Assembly (NCBI GenBank): GCA_017745015.1
Contig: JAGIAF010000001.1
Location: forward strand, 3,818 to 36,886
DNA from: Bdellovibrio sp.
GTDB lineage: Bacteria; Bdellovibrionota; Bdellovibrionia; Bdellovibrionales; Bdellovibrionaceae
Length of the DNA stretch: 33,069 bases
Direction of reading: 5' to 3'
In this document: positions 1 to 8,289 of the stretch, one piece after another
How the letters are laid out: each line of letters starts with the position of its first letter
How positions within the stretch are numbered: the first letter of the stretch is position 1
Made by a program: the position numbers and the translations under genes
The notes under the pieces: model-generated
Database searches by the model: none
What the model was told of the DNA's origin: nothing
The model's input: only the letters and a program-made list of their open reading frames with translations

Positions 1-1881
1 GATCACCTGATTGGGTGGGATACGGAAGAAGGCTGTTGGCCGTTGGGCGTTTTTCGCCATCACCGCAAACAGACGCTCACGCCAGTGGGACATATGAGGT
101 TCGTCGGGACGGGAAGGTCCTTTCGTCGCGATGATCGTTTCACGGCCCAACACGAACGTGGTTTCATTCACGTTAAAGTTAATATCTTTCTGACGGCAAG
201 CCTCGAGGATGTGTTTCATCTTCGGAGTTTCCATAAAGCCGTAATAAGCCAAGATACGGTAGAAATTTGGAATGATCTCTTGGATGGAGATATTATCTTT
301 CTTCGACACAAAAGGAACTTCACGCGTTTGAATCGTGAGAATCGCAATACGTTGATGTAAAACTTTATTGTGTTTCAAATTATGTAACATCGGCGCCGGC
401 ACACCCCAAGGATCTCCGGACATATAGATCGCTGTTCCTGGAACACGGATTGGCGGTTCACGCAGAAGCTTTAAGAAGAATTCTTCTGTTGGCATTGAAC
501 GCTCTTTCAAGCGACGGAAAAGAACCTGACGGCCTTTTTGCCATGTCGTCATCAAAAGATAAATCACCGCACCGACGATCAACGGAACCCAACCACCGTG
601 AGGGATCTTGTGAATATTTGCCCCAAAGAATGCCGCATCTACGATCAAGAAAGAACCAAAGATGCCAGCCGCTTTCAAGAAGCTCCAATTCCACTTCTGA
701 CGAGCGACTTCATAAGCAAGGATGGTTGTAATAACCATGGTTCCAGTTACGGCGATACCGTATGCCGCTGCCAAGTTACTTGAGCTCTTGAACGTCAACA
801 CCAACCAGATCACACCAATGAACATCGCCCAGTTCACAGCCGGAATATAGATCTGACCGATCTCTTGGCTGGAAGTATGAACGATATTAATACGTGGACA
901 GAAACCCAACTGGATCGCCTGGCGCGTGATAGAGAATACACCCGTGATCAACGCTTGGGATGCGATCACAGTCGCCATCGTTGAAAGCGCAACCAACGGC
1001 AAGACCGCCCATTTTGGCGCCAACATATAAAACGGATTAGAGATTGCTTCCGGATTTGAAAGCAACAAGGCGCCTTGGCCGAAGTAGTTCAAAGCCAAAG
1101 CTGGCAATGCCACAAAGAACCAAGCAAGACGGATCGGCTTTTTACCAAAGTGACCCATGTCTGCATAAAGTGCTTCACCACCGGTAACCACAAGGACTAC
1201 GGAACCTAAAACCAAGAAGCCGTGCATGCCGTTACGGAAGAAGAATTCCAAGGCGTGATGCGGATAGAGCGCCTCAAAGATATGGGGATTCAACGAGATT
1301 CCATTGAATCCAAGGAGCGCCAAGGTGGAAAACCAAATCAAAAGAATCGGACCAAAGATCACACCGATACGACCCGTTCCGTATCTTTGCATCAAGAAGA
1401 GCGCATTCATCACAAAGATTGTAAGCGGAATAATATAGGGCTCAAATTGTGGCGTGACGATGGAGAGACCTTCCATTGCGGAGAGAACAGAAATGGCTGG
1501 CGTAATTACACCGTCACCATAGAGCAAGGCCGCACCAAACAAACCGATGATGGTCATGATCCAACGGCGATGAGTGATGTCTTTCGTGTGCTGACTGCGA
1601 ACCGCCAATGCCATCAACGAAAGGATGCCGCCCTCACCTTTATTGTCTGCGCGCATGACAAAGGCCATGTACTTGATGCAGATCACGACGATCAACGTCC
1701 AAAAAATCAAAGAGAGAATACCAATAACGTTCTCGGGTGTCGGCATCAGTCCATACTCGCCACCAAAACACTCGCGAAGAGAATACAGCGGACTCGTCCC
1801 GATATCTCCGAAAACGACACCCAAAGCTGCGAGAGACAACATCATTAAGTTGGAATTGCGACCATGGTCTTGGGATTCGAT
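1..1881 (-). CDS. kup: KUP/HAK/KT potassium uptake transporter (3' end lies just outside the window; start either ATC at 1881 or ATG at 1845)
   Basis: Not in the ORF track because it runs off the edge. Manual minus-strand reading gives LAALGVVFGDIGTSPLY, DNKGEGGILS, TGGEALYADMGHFG, LALNYFGQGA, IASQALITGVFS and the C-terminal FFRIPPNQVI, all Kup hallmarks. Confidence 0.96.
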   Translation of the reverse strand, partial: MESQDHGRNSNLMMLSLAALGVVFGDIGTSPLYSLRECFGGEYGLMPTPENVIGILSLIFWTLIVVICIKYMAFVMRADNKGEGGILSLMALAVRSQHTKDITHRRWIMTIIGLFGAALLYGDGVITPAISVLSAMEGLSIVTPQFEPYIIPLTIFVMNALFLMQRYGTGRIGVIFGPILLIWFSTLALLGFNGISLNPHIFEALYPHHALEFFFRNGMHGFLVLGSVVLVVTGGEALYADMGHFGKKPIRLAWFFVALPALALNYFGQGALLLSNPEAISNPFYMLAPKWAVLPLVALSTMATVIASQALITGVFSITRQAIQLGFCPRINIVHTSSQEIGQIYIPAVNWAMFIGVIWLVLTFKSSSNLAAAYGIAVTGTMVITTILAYEVARQKWNWSFLKAAGIFGSFLIVDAAFFGANIHKIPHGGWVPLIVGAVIYLLMTTWQKGRQVLFRRLKERSMPTEEFFLKLLREPPIRVPGTAIYMSGDPWGVPAPMLHNLKHNKVLHQRIAILTIQTREVPFVSKKDNISIQEIIPNFYRILAYYGFMETPKMKHILEACRQKDINFNVNETTFVLGRETIIATKGPSRPDEPHMSHWRERLFAVMAKNAQRPTAFFRIPPNQVI

Positions 1882-2044
1882 AAAAGGACTCCAGTTGTAT
1901 TTTGAGTCCTAAGCTTATGAAATTAGGAATGTCTTGTCAGCTTAAGGGACAATTTATGACGCAGGCCTTCACATTACGCGAACTTCAGTTGCCTTGTTTT
2001 TGTGCCTTATCGGAAAATAGAGGGTGAGCTAGGAAAGGAAACTT

Positions 2045-2194
2045 ATGTTTCGCACCGGACCTCAAAAGTTGATGCACTCGAAATGGTTGTTGGCAGCCTT
2101 GATCCTTCTCGGACTTGCTTATTTCGAAGGCCGCCTTAACCAAAAGACACTCGCGGATAACCGCGAGCCCAGTTCTACTTCTTTGACGCGATAA
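2045..2194 (+). CDS. Small 49-aa single-TM/signal-anchored protein with REPSS (RxPAS-like) motif
   Basis: AGGAAAGGAA RBS before ATG 2045; MFRTGPQKLMHSKWLLAALILLGLAYFEGRLNQKTLADNREPSSTSLTR*; clear hydrophobic helix; fills an otherwise empty gap. Confidence 0.65.
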   Translation: MFRTGPQKLMHSKWLLAALILLGLAYFEGRLNQKTLADNREPSSTSLTR

Positions 2195-2756
2195 CTGAAT
2201 TAGCGTCGAGTTTAAAGGCTGAAAGCGCTTGAACAAAGTTGCGGAAGCCCATTGTCTGCTTCGTCAAAAGCTGCTTGATCATTTCGTCTTGCGGCTCCCC
2301 TTCAGCGTTCAAAACTTTCCCCGCATTCATAATAAACACGCGCTCTGGATAGATAAAGGCGTTGCGATAGCCAAAGATCTGTTGCAAGTGTTCAACTGGA
2401 CGAAGCCCGCCAAACATACCTGCGCTCAAACCTACAAAACAAACCGGACGGAACTCAAATGAATCTGGAAACTTCATGTGATCGATGAAGTATTTCAAAG
2501 CGCCCGGCATGGAACCATTGTATTCCGGGCAAACGACGATCAAGCCTTCGCTATGAACGACTTTATCCAAATACACTTGCAAGCCTTCGTGAGTCTTACC
2601 GTAGTGAGGACCGCCGGAGTGAAGTTGCTCCTTCACTTGTGCAAGATCGATGATTTCAACATCTTCGCCTTGAGCCTTGTAAAGGCCTTGGATAAATTTT
2701 GAGAGTTTCAAGGTGTTTGAGCCTGGACGATCCGTGCCCGCGATAATGTACTTCAT
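2175..2756 (-). CDS. NAD(P)H-dependent FMN reductase (flavodoxin-like, SsuE/ChrR family)
   Basis: GTDRPGSNT phosphate loop, PEYNGSMPGALKYFID, GMFGGLR; AGGAG RBS supports ATG at 2756 rather than 2774. Confidence 0.92.
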   Translation of the reverse strand: MKYIIAGTDRPGSNTLKLSKFIQGLYKAQGEDVEIIDLAQVKEQLHSGGPHYGKTHEGLQVYLDKVVHSEGLIVVCPEYNGSMPGALKYFIDHMKFPDSFEFRPVCFVGLSAGMFGGLRPVEHLQQIFGYRNAFIYPERVFIMNAGKVLNAEGEPQDEMIKQLLTKQTMGFRNFVQALSAFKLDANSVIASKK

Positions 2757-2835
2757 GGTAAATCTCCTAGACAAAGTGATATACCCTTCGATCTAATAAA
2801 GGCAATGACTCATTTCATGTAAGGGGTTCGTCGCG

Positions 2836-3516
2836 ATGTCGAAAATTTGGTTTATTCTTAGCGAAGGTCAAGTGACGGGTCCTTACGAGCCATCCGAAGT
2901 TGAAGGAAAAGTTTCATCTTACAAAGACCCTCAAGTTTGGGGGCGCGGCCATGGCGAGTGGATGACTGTGGCTCGTTGGCGCCAATATCTCAAAGAAACT
3001 CCAACCGTCACTCCCATTGCTGCGGATCAGTCACGCAACTGGGTTGTTCGTGTGGATGGTCGCCCTCGCGATGTCATGAAGTATACTGAAATGATCGCTC
3101 TTCTGAAAACTATGACGGATTTCACTCCCGTGGATATCTCCTCTGATGGCGGTCAAACATGGAAAGAGGTCTATGCTGTCCAGCAGGTCGTTGATGACCT
3201 GGGAATCAGCCGTCGTTCCCACCCTCGCGTGCCGATTGTTGGAACACTCGAGTTTGATCGTGGCACAGACACCCTCAAATGCCGAGTGATCTCTATTTCT
3301 GAAGGTGGCTTAGGCGTTAACGATGCTGGTTCTTTGAAAATTGGCGAAAAGTTCTTCGCCATTCTGACAAGTCCCAACCTTTATGTGACTGTGAGTACGA
3401 CATGCGAAGTAGTTTATGTGGGCAATGACGGCTATGCAGGACTTCGTTTCGTTGGACTCCCGGAGGAATTTAAAAGTTCCATCGTTGAGTACGTCAACAA
3501 GTTCGCCACTGTCTAA
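2836..3516 (+). CDS. GYF_2-like + PilZ domain protein (putative c-di-GMP effector)
   Basis: N-terminal WFILSEGQVTGPY...VWGRGHGEW (GYF_2/DUF4339 pattern); C-terminal RRSHPR, SISEGG, EVVY and GLRF PilZ motifs; AAGGGG RBS. Confidence 0.85.
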   Translation: MSKIWFILSEGQVTGPYEPSEVEGKVSSYKDPQVWGRGHGEWMTVARWRQYLKETPTVTPIAADQSRNWVVRVDGRPRDVMKYTEMIALLKTMTDFTPVDISSDGGQTWKEVYAVQQVVDDLGISRRSHPRVPIVGTLEFDRGTDTLKCRVISISEGGLGVNDAGSLKIGEKFFAILTSPNLYVTVSTTCEVVYVGNDGYAGLRFVGLPEEFKSSIVEYVNKFATV

Positions 3517-3612
3517 CTTTTATCATCACTGCTCCATCAGGGTCGGTCTCCCGTTGGGATGAACGGCAACTCAAAGAGGATTTTTTAAAAGTCTCTGATA
3601 GACTCATCGTCT

Positions 3613-4161
3613 ATGAGTAAGAAAAAGTATCTCTTTATTTTTGCGAGCAGTTTGATTCTTGTATGCTATCAAAATTTTGGGCCACTCAATCTTGAAGATC
3701 AAAAGACTCTCGAGCGCATGCGCGAGATGCAGAAGTTGCAGCGTCAGCCCGCTTCACTAGGAATCGCAACCCCACAAAGCGGCAGTGACCTTGCTAGCGT
3801 CAGTGGTGACTGGATGCAGCGCCAAGGTCATCTTCTGTTGAATGGTCGCGATAAAGAGATTCTAGACACCATCAACCATCGCTTGAGCACTTGGTTTGAC
3901 TCTGTCACTGCCGGAGAGTCACCAGCAGCCGACACCCAAGGCGGCCGCAAACCTGCAAGCCTCGAAGCACCAGCTGCTTTTCGCTTCAGCCGCGTCAATG
4001 AGATGGAGTACCGCGCTCAAGACGCGATATTTTCTTGCTCGTTGAATTTTGATGGTGCCCATCTCGACTATTCACATAAATTGTCGTCAAACACGCACCT
4101 AGGTGTCGATCATTGGACTGGCAAGAATCAGACTCAGGTGCTTCTGAAGTACAACTGGTAG
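3613..4161 (+). CDS. Hypothetical exported protein, two RxPAS motifs, beta-strand C-terminus ending in Trp
   Basis: Basic + hydrophobic N-terminus; RQPAS and RKPAS; alternating C-terminal strands ...QVLLKYNW. Confidence 0.75.
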   Translation: MSKKKYLFIFASSLILVCYQNFGPLNLEDQKTLERMREMQKLQRQPASLGIATPQSGSDLASVSGDWMQRQGHLLLNGRDKEILDTINHRLSTWFDSVTAGESPAADTQGGRKPASLEAPAAFRFSRVNEMEYRAQDAIFSCSLNFDGAHLDYSHKLSSNTHLGVDHWTGKNQTQVLLKYNW

Positions 4162-4193
4162 TCATTGCAAGGGGCTTGTGCTTTCCTTAAAGC

Positions 4194-5504
4194 ATGAGCC
4201 TGGTGATCTTTGCAATTCTCTTTTTCACAGGTATATTCTGTTGGGGGAAAACATCTCCGTGGGAGTCTACGCTTGGCGTGGATCTCCGCTATGAGGGGAA
4301 ATATTTTCCCCAAGAGTTTGGGGGAGATGAAACGAACGCCAACATTCAACTCATCGACATCATTCCCTACTATCGCGTGAAATATAAAGACTCCTGGCGA
4401 TTCCTCATAAAGCCCACACTTGAAGCTAGTCCTGGCAATAAATCCAGTGAAGAACAATTCTGGGCGGATCCTACGGAAGCGTATGTGCAATGGAAACGCG
4501 ATCCTCTCGCTGTCCAAGTGGGATACAACTTAGTTACTTGGGGTGTGACTGATGGATACAATCCTGTCGATGTGATCAATCCAAAGCAATATTTCGATCC
4601 TATGCACAGCAAGAAAAAAGGCGTGCTGTCTTTAATGATCTCAGAGTCACTCGCATGGTTTGATTATGATCTTTACTATATCCCGATCAATTCAGGAGCA
4701 ACCTTACCCGGCGAAGAAAGCCGTTGGCTTCCGCGTGAGGTCTATATCCCCTACGATCCCGCCAACAATACAGTCCTTATCCTTCCTCCGAATTTACGGT
4801 ATCACTATGGCGATACGACTAATTTAGAAGATGCTTTGAACAATAACTTTGGCCTGCGACTGCAAAAGCATTTAGGCCCCGTGGATTTAGCCGTGAGTGG
4901 ATATGAAGGTGCCGCCAGCTTTCCGATCATTCAACCTGTCTTTACGGGAACTATCGTACAAGTTTCACCAAAGATCGTGGTCGATGTGGATCCGGATGTT
5001 ATTTTGAATCGCTTCAACTACAAAGTTCGTCAAGGTGGCTTTAGCTTTGTGAGCAGCCAATGGGATTTTCTTTTTAAATATCAAACCAGCTACTCTCAAA
5101 GCGTCGGAGACAATAGTTTACTTCCTGGTTGGCTTCATGAAAACGTGGCGGCACTGGAAAAAACATTTCAAATTCCCGACGGGATGTTCATCGCTGTTTT
5201 GCAGTATTCTTTTTTAAATTCAGAGAAACAAAATGATTCCAACGTCTCCGTCACCGAGATTTTTCGTCGCGCATGGATGTTAGGAATGAAAATGCAATGG
5301 CGCGAAGTCTGGAGTTTCGGCGCACTGGGACTCTATGATGAACGCCATGGAAGCAGTCTTCAGGAGTATTCCATTGGACGAAGATTTCTTGATACGATGA
5401 CAGTGAGTTTAACGGCAGATTTATTTGATGGACCGAGCGATACGCCTCTGGGTGTTTACAATAAAAATGATTCGTATAGCTTAGCTGTTAGCGCGTCGTT
5501 CTAG
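4194..5504 (+). CDS. Putative outer-membrane beta-barrel protein (DUF1302-like)
   Basis: Signal-like N-terminus; EAYVQW..VGYNLVTWGVTDGYNPVDVINP motif; amphipathic strands; terminal Phe (YSLAVSASF). Confidence 0.7.
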   Translation: MSLVIFAILFFTGIFCWGKTSPWESTLGVDLRYEGKYFPQEFGGDETNANIQLIDIIPYYRVKYKDSWRFLIKPTLEASPGNKSSEEQFWADPTEAYVQWKRDPLAVQVGYNLVTWGVTDGYNPVDVINPKQYFDPMHSKKKGVLSLMISESLAWFDYDLYYIPINSGATLPGEESRWLPREVYIPYDPANNTVLILPPNLRYHYGDTTNLEDALNNNFGLRLQKHLGPVDLAVSGYEGAASFPIIQPVFTGTIVQVSPKIVVDVDPDVILNRFNYKVRQGGFSFVSSQWDFLFKYQTSYSQSVGDNSLLPGWLHENVAALEKTFQIPDGMFIAVLQYSFLNSEKQNDSNVSVTEIFRRAWMLGMKMQWREVWSFGALGLYDERHGSSLQEYSIGRRFLDTMTVSLTADLFDGPSDTPLGVYNKNDSYSLAVSASF

Positions 5505-5579
5505 GCTCTAAGTCTAGTTTCAATTTGGAGCCGGCTTCGTGTTTTGACAAGCTTTGCTGAAAATCAGCAAGGTAAATAC

Positions 5580-6446
5580 ATGCTAGAACTTATCTTATCT
5601 TTATTCATCACTCCTTCAAATGCTCCTGTGAGCAATTATTCAACTGTCGTGACGACTCTGCAAAGAATCCAAGCAGAAAACCCAACGACTTCACAAATGA
5701 TCGACATCGGTGTTTCTGACTCAGGACAAAACATCGTGGCGCTCAAGATTGGCGACGGCGAAACTGCTGATCTGATCGTGGCTACTCACCACGGCAACGA
5801 GTACGGTTCTACGGCCGTTGCAATGGGCGCGGCGGAAGCCTTCGCCAAGAACCCTATCAAAGGTCACACAGTCTATGTTGTTCCCGTGTTGAACATCTCT
5901 GGCTTCGATGCTCGCAGCCGTTATGAGCGCACTTCAAATGGTTCACTAGATCAAAACCGTGACTATCCAGGACCTTGTATCACTGGTAAACCATTCAAAT
6001 CTAAAGCGACGAAGGCTTTGGCTGACTTTATCGCAAAAGCCAACATCGTGAGCTCTGCGACATTGCACACTCACTGGCCTGCAGTTCTTTATCCTTGGGG
6101 CTTCTCGACAAATGATGTTTCCACCAAAGACGATGCGACTTTCATTCAGCTTTCTAAAGACGCTGTCGTAGAAAGCGGTTATGACGTAGGGAACTCAAAA
6201 GAATTGCTTTATGCCGCTGATGGCGCTTTTGAAGACTACGCTTATTGGCAGCACGGTATCTGGTCTTTGTTATTCGAAATGGGCACCACTCACACTCCAT
6301 CTGAATCACAAATGAAGCAAATGGTAGAAGTGAATGTTCCTGGTCTTCGCCGTTTCCTAGAGAATGCGCCGAAACAAAGAGCAGCTGATCATGCTTTCAC
6401 AGGAAAATGTGACAGAAATATGATCCAAAGAACTCACCTTGAATAG
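5580..6446 (+). CDS. M14 family zinc carboxypeptidase, probably secreted
   Basis: HGNE, VVPVLNISG, DQNRDYP, LHTH, YPWG, YAADGAFEDYAY and FEMG match M14 zinc and catalytic motifs; ATG 5580 gives a short signal-like N-terminus. Confidence 0.9.
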   Translation: MLELILSLFITPSNAPVSNYSTVVTTLQRIQAENPTTSQMIDIGVSDSGQNIVALKIGDGETADLIVATHHGNEYGSTAVAMGAAEAFAKNPIKGHTVYVVPVLNISGFDARSRYERTSNGSLDQNRDYPGPCITGKPFKSKATKALADFIAKANIVSSATLHTHWPAVLYPWGFSTNDVSTKDDATFIQLSKDAVVESGYDVGNSKELLYAADGAFEDYAYWQHGIWSLLFEMGTTHTPSESQMKQMVEVNVPGLRRFLENAPKQRAADHAFTGKCDRNMIQRTHLE

Positions 6447-6473
6447 TTAGTTTAAACACCACGACTCACAAAT

Positions 6474-6502
6474 AAAAAACCGGTTATCTAACCGGTTTTT
6501 TT
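6474..6502. terminator. Intrinsic terminator, bidirectional-type
   Basis: AAAAAACCGGTTA-TC-TAACCGGTTTTTTT, 27 nt after the carboxypeptidase stop. Confidence 0.88.
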
Positions 6503-6568
6503 GTTTCAAGAGTGACATTCTCGGGCGCCATTTTTTGTCACCAAGTGACGTTTTACACATCAAATATC

Positions 6569-6598
6569 AGGCCAAGTACTCGTTACTTGGCCTTTTTT
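6569..6598 (+). terminator. Terminator-like hairpin or operator immediately upstream of the sigma-54 promoter
   Basis: AGGCCAAGTA-CTCGT-TACTTGGCCT perfect 10-bp inverted repeat followed by TTTTT. Confidence 0.55.
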
Positions 6599-6600
6599 AA

Positions 6601-6616
6601 TGGCATCGACCTTGCT
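6601..6616 (+). promoter_or_regulatory. Sigma-54 (RpoN) -24/-12 promoter
   Basis: TGGCAT-CGACC-TTGCT versus consensus TGGCAC-N5-TTGCW with exact GG/GC spacing, 41 nt before the ATG (GGAGG RBS) of the first operon gene. Confidence 0.85.
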
Positions 6617-6657
6617 CGTATGGCTTCGGGAAACTTTTAATAACCCGGAGGAACTAC

Positions 6658-7338
6658 ATGGAATTTTTGATGTCACTTGGTCGCGGTTTCACATCTGGCG
6701 ATGCTATTTGGATGTGGGCTATTCTAGCGGCTCAAATCGTATCTGTTGCTATTATCGTTGAACGCTCAATGGCGCTTTTCGGTAAACGCAAAATCAACCA
6801 AAAAGAACTTTCCAAAGCTATCGCTGAAGATATCCGCTCTGGCGACCTTAATAAGGCCCTACGCCGTTCAATGCAGATCAGCGCGACTGAACCATTGGGT
6901 GTTGTTGCCTCTGCAGGTATCCAAGCTGCGATCGACATGGGTGGCAAAGAAGAAATCCAACTTAAAATGGATGAAATCCTTCTTGAAGAAAACAGCCGCG
7001 TAGAAAAACGCATTGGTTTCTTGGCGATGTTTGCCAACGTTGCGACTCTCTTGGGTCTTTTGGGTACGATCACAGGTCTTATCCACTCATTTGCTGGTAT
7101 CGCTAACGCGAACCCAGTTGAGAAAGCATCGATTCTTTCAGCAGGTATCTCTCTTGCGATGAATACGACAGCTTACGGTTTGATCGTAGCGGTTCCGGCT
7201 TTGATCATGTATGCGGTACTTCAAAACAGAGCGACTCGCTTGTCAGAAGATTTGAATAAAGCGGCGTTGAACTTGTTCATCCAACTTGGTTACCACTACG
7301 CGCCAGTATCAGATAAGAAAGAGAGACAACTTGTATGA
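6658..7338 (+). CDS. MotA/TolQ/ExbB proton-channel protein (AglR-like)
   Basis: Three TM segments; ATLLGLLGTITGLI and AMNTTAYGLIVAVPA motifs. Confidence 0.93.
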   Translation: MEFLMSLGRGFTSGDAIWMWAILAAQIVSVAIIVERSMALFGKRKINQKELSKAIAEDIRSGDLNKALRRSMQISATEPLGVVASAGIQAAIDMGGKEEIQLKMDEILLEENSRVEKRIGFLAMFANVATLLGLLGTITGLIHSFAGIANANPVEKASILSAGISLAMNTTAYGLIVAVPALIMYAVLQNRATRLSEDLNKAALNLFIQLGYHYAPVSDKKERQLV

Positions 7339-7799
7339 TGAGCGCTGGTGGACAAGACAAAGATTTAAACTTTGAACTCAATATCCTGCCTATTCTGGAT
7401 ATCTTGTCCGTACTCATCTGCTTTTTGCTTTTGACGGCGGTATGGATTCAGATCGGTACCTTGGATACGAAACAAGCTATCGGAGACAACTCCACAGTGT
7501 CTCAGGCGAAAAATCCGCCTTCATTGTGGGTGACTCTAGAAGCTGACGGCAGCCTGCAACTTTCTTTGCGCGACATTCCTCAAGCGAAAAAACTTGAAGA
7601 TCGTATCGCAAGAACTTCTGAAGGTGTGAACTGGAAAGTCTTGGAAGCAAAACTTCAAGCCCTTAAAACACAGTGGCCGGAACTTAAAACAAGCGTTGTT
7701 CGTCCTGGAGCACAAAGCAACTACGGCGATGTGATTCGTGTGATGGATAAATTGAAACAAAGCTCATTCGAAGGAGTGGGGATTTCTCCACTAGGGTAA
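7335..7799 (+). CDS. ExbD/TolR family protein (AglQ/AglS-like)
   Basis: ELNILPILDILSVLICFLL with the conserved Asp; YGDVIRVMD; ATGA overlap with the upstream stop. Confidence 0.9.
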   Translation: MMSAGGQDKDLNFELNILPILDILSVLICFLLLTAVWIQIGTLDTKQAIGDNSTVSQAKNPPSLWVTLEADGSLQLSLRDIPQAKKLEDRIARTSEGVNWKVLEAKLQALKTQWPELKTSVVRPGAQSNYGDVIRVMDKLKQSSFEGVGISPLG

Positions 7800-7803
7800 T
7801 TTT

Positions 7804-8289
7804 ATGAGAACTTCATTTGTGCTACCTGCTCAAAGACGCTCCCCGCTCATGGACACTCAGAACCTGAAACCAGGTTCTAAGAAGAAGTCACTATTTCGCC
7901 GGGATTTAGCTTTGGCTTTGCCTTTGACGTCCTTGATTGACGCGTTTTCGATCATTGTAATTTACCTATTGATCGGTACTCAGAGCGGCGGCATTGAAAC
8001 CCAAGTTCCAGGTCAATTAAACCTGCCTGCAGCTGAACACAGTGCGAGCGTTGATAAGACAATGCCTATTTTGAAAATTCAAAAAGGCATCTACTACATC
8101 AACGATCAAAAGGTGTCTGGCAACCAGCTGAGCGCGAAATTGGAAGAATTGAAAAAGGATTCCAAAGACGTCGAGTTGATGATCCAAGCTGACACTGAGA
8201 TGAAATACTCCGAGTTGGATCCAATCATCAAAGCAGGCTCCCTTGCAGGTATTGAAAAACTTAAATTTGCGGTGGTACCTAAACAATGA
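7804..8289 (+). CDS. ExbD/TolR family protein (AglS/AglQ-like)
   Basis: LTSLIDAFSIIVIYLL with the conserved Asp; LNLPAA; IQADTEMKYS. Confidence 0.9.
   Translation: MRTSFVLPAQRRSPLMDTQNLKPGSKKKSLFRRDLALALPLTSLIDAFSIIVIYLLIGTQSGGIETQVPGQLNLPAAEHSASVDKTMPILKIQKGIYYINDQKVSGNQLSAKLEELKKDSKDVELMIQADTEMKYSELDPIIKAGSLAGIEKLKFAVVPKQ

Noticed and set aside
43-1912. Several plus-strand ORFs, including the 208-aa 1222..1848
   Set aside because: Antisense shadows of the minus-strand kup gene; no motifs or RBS.
2005-2035. TCCGATAA on the minus strand as a sigma-28 -10 element for kup
   Set aside because: No TAAA-like -35 at the correct spacing.
1985-2236. 83-aa minus-strand ORF
   Set aside because: Overlaps the FMN reductase in another frame and is antisense to the better-supported 49-aa ORF.
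6658-8289. Reading the motor genes as Tol-Pal or ExbBD iron uptake
   Set aside because: No tolB/pal or TonB-dependent receptor; two TolR-like genes plus AgmX/PglI and TPR genes fit Agl-Glt better.
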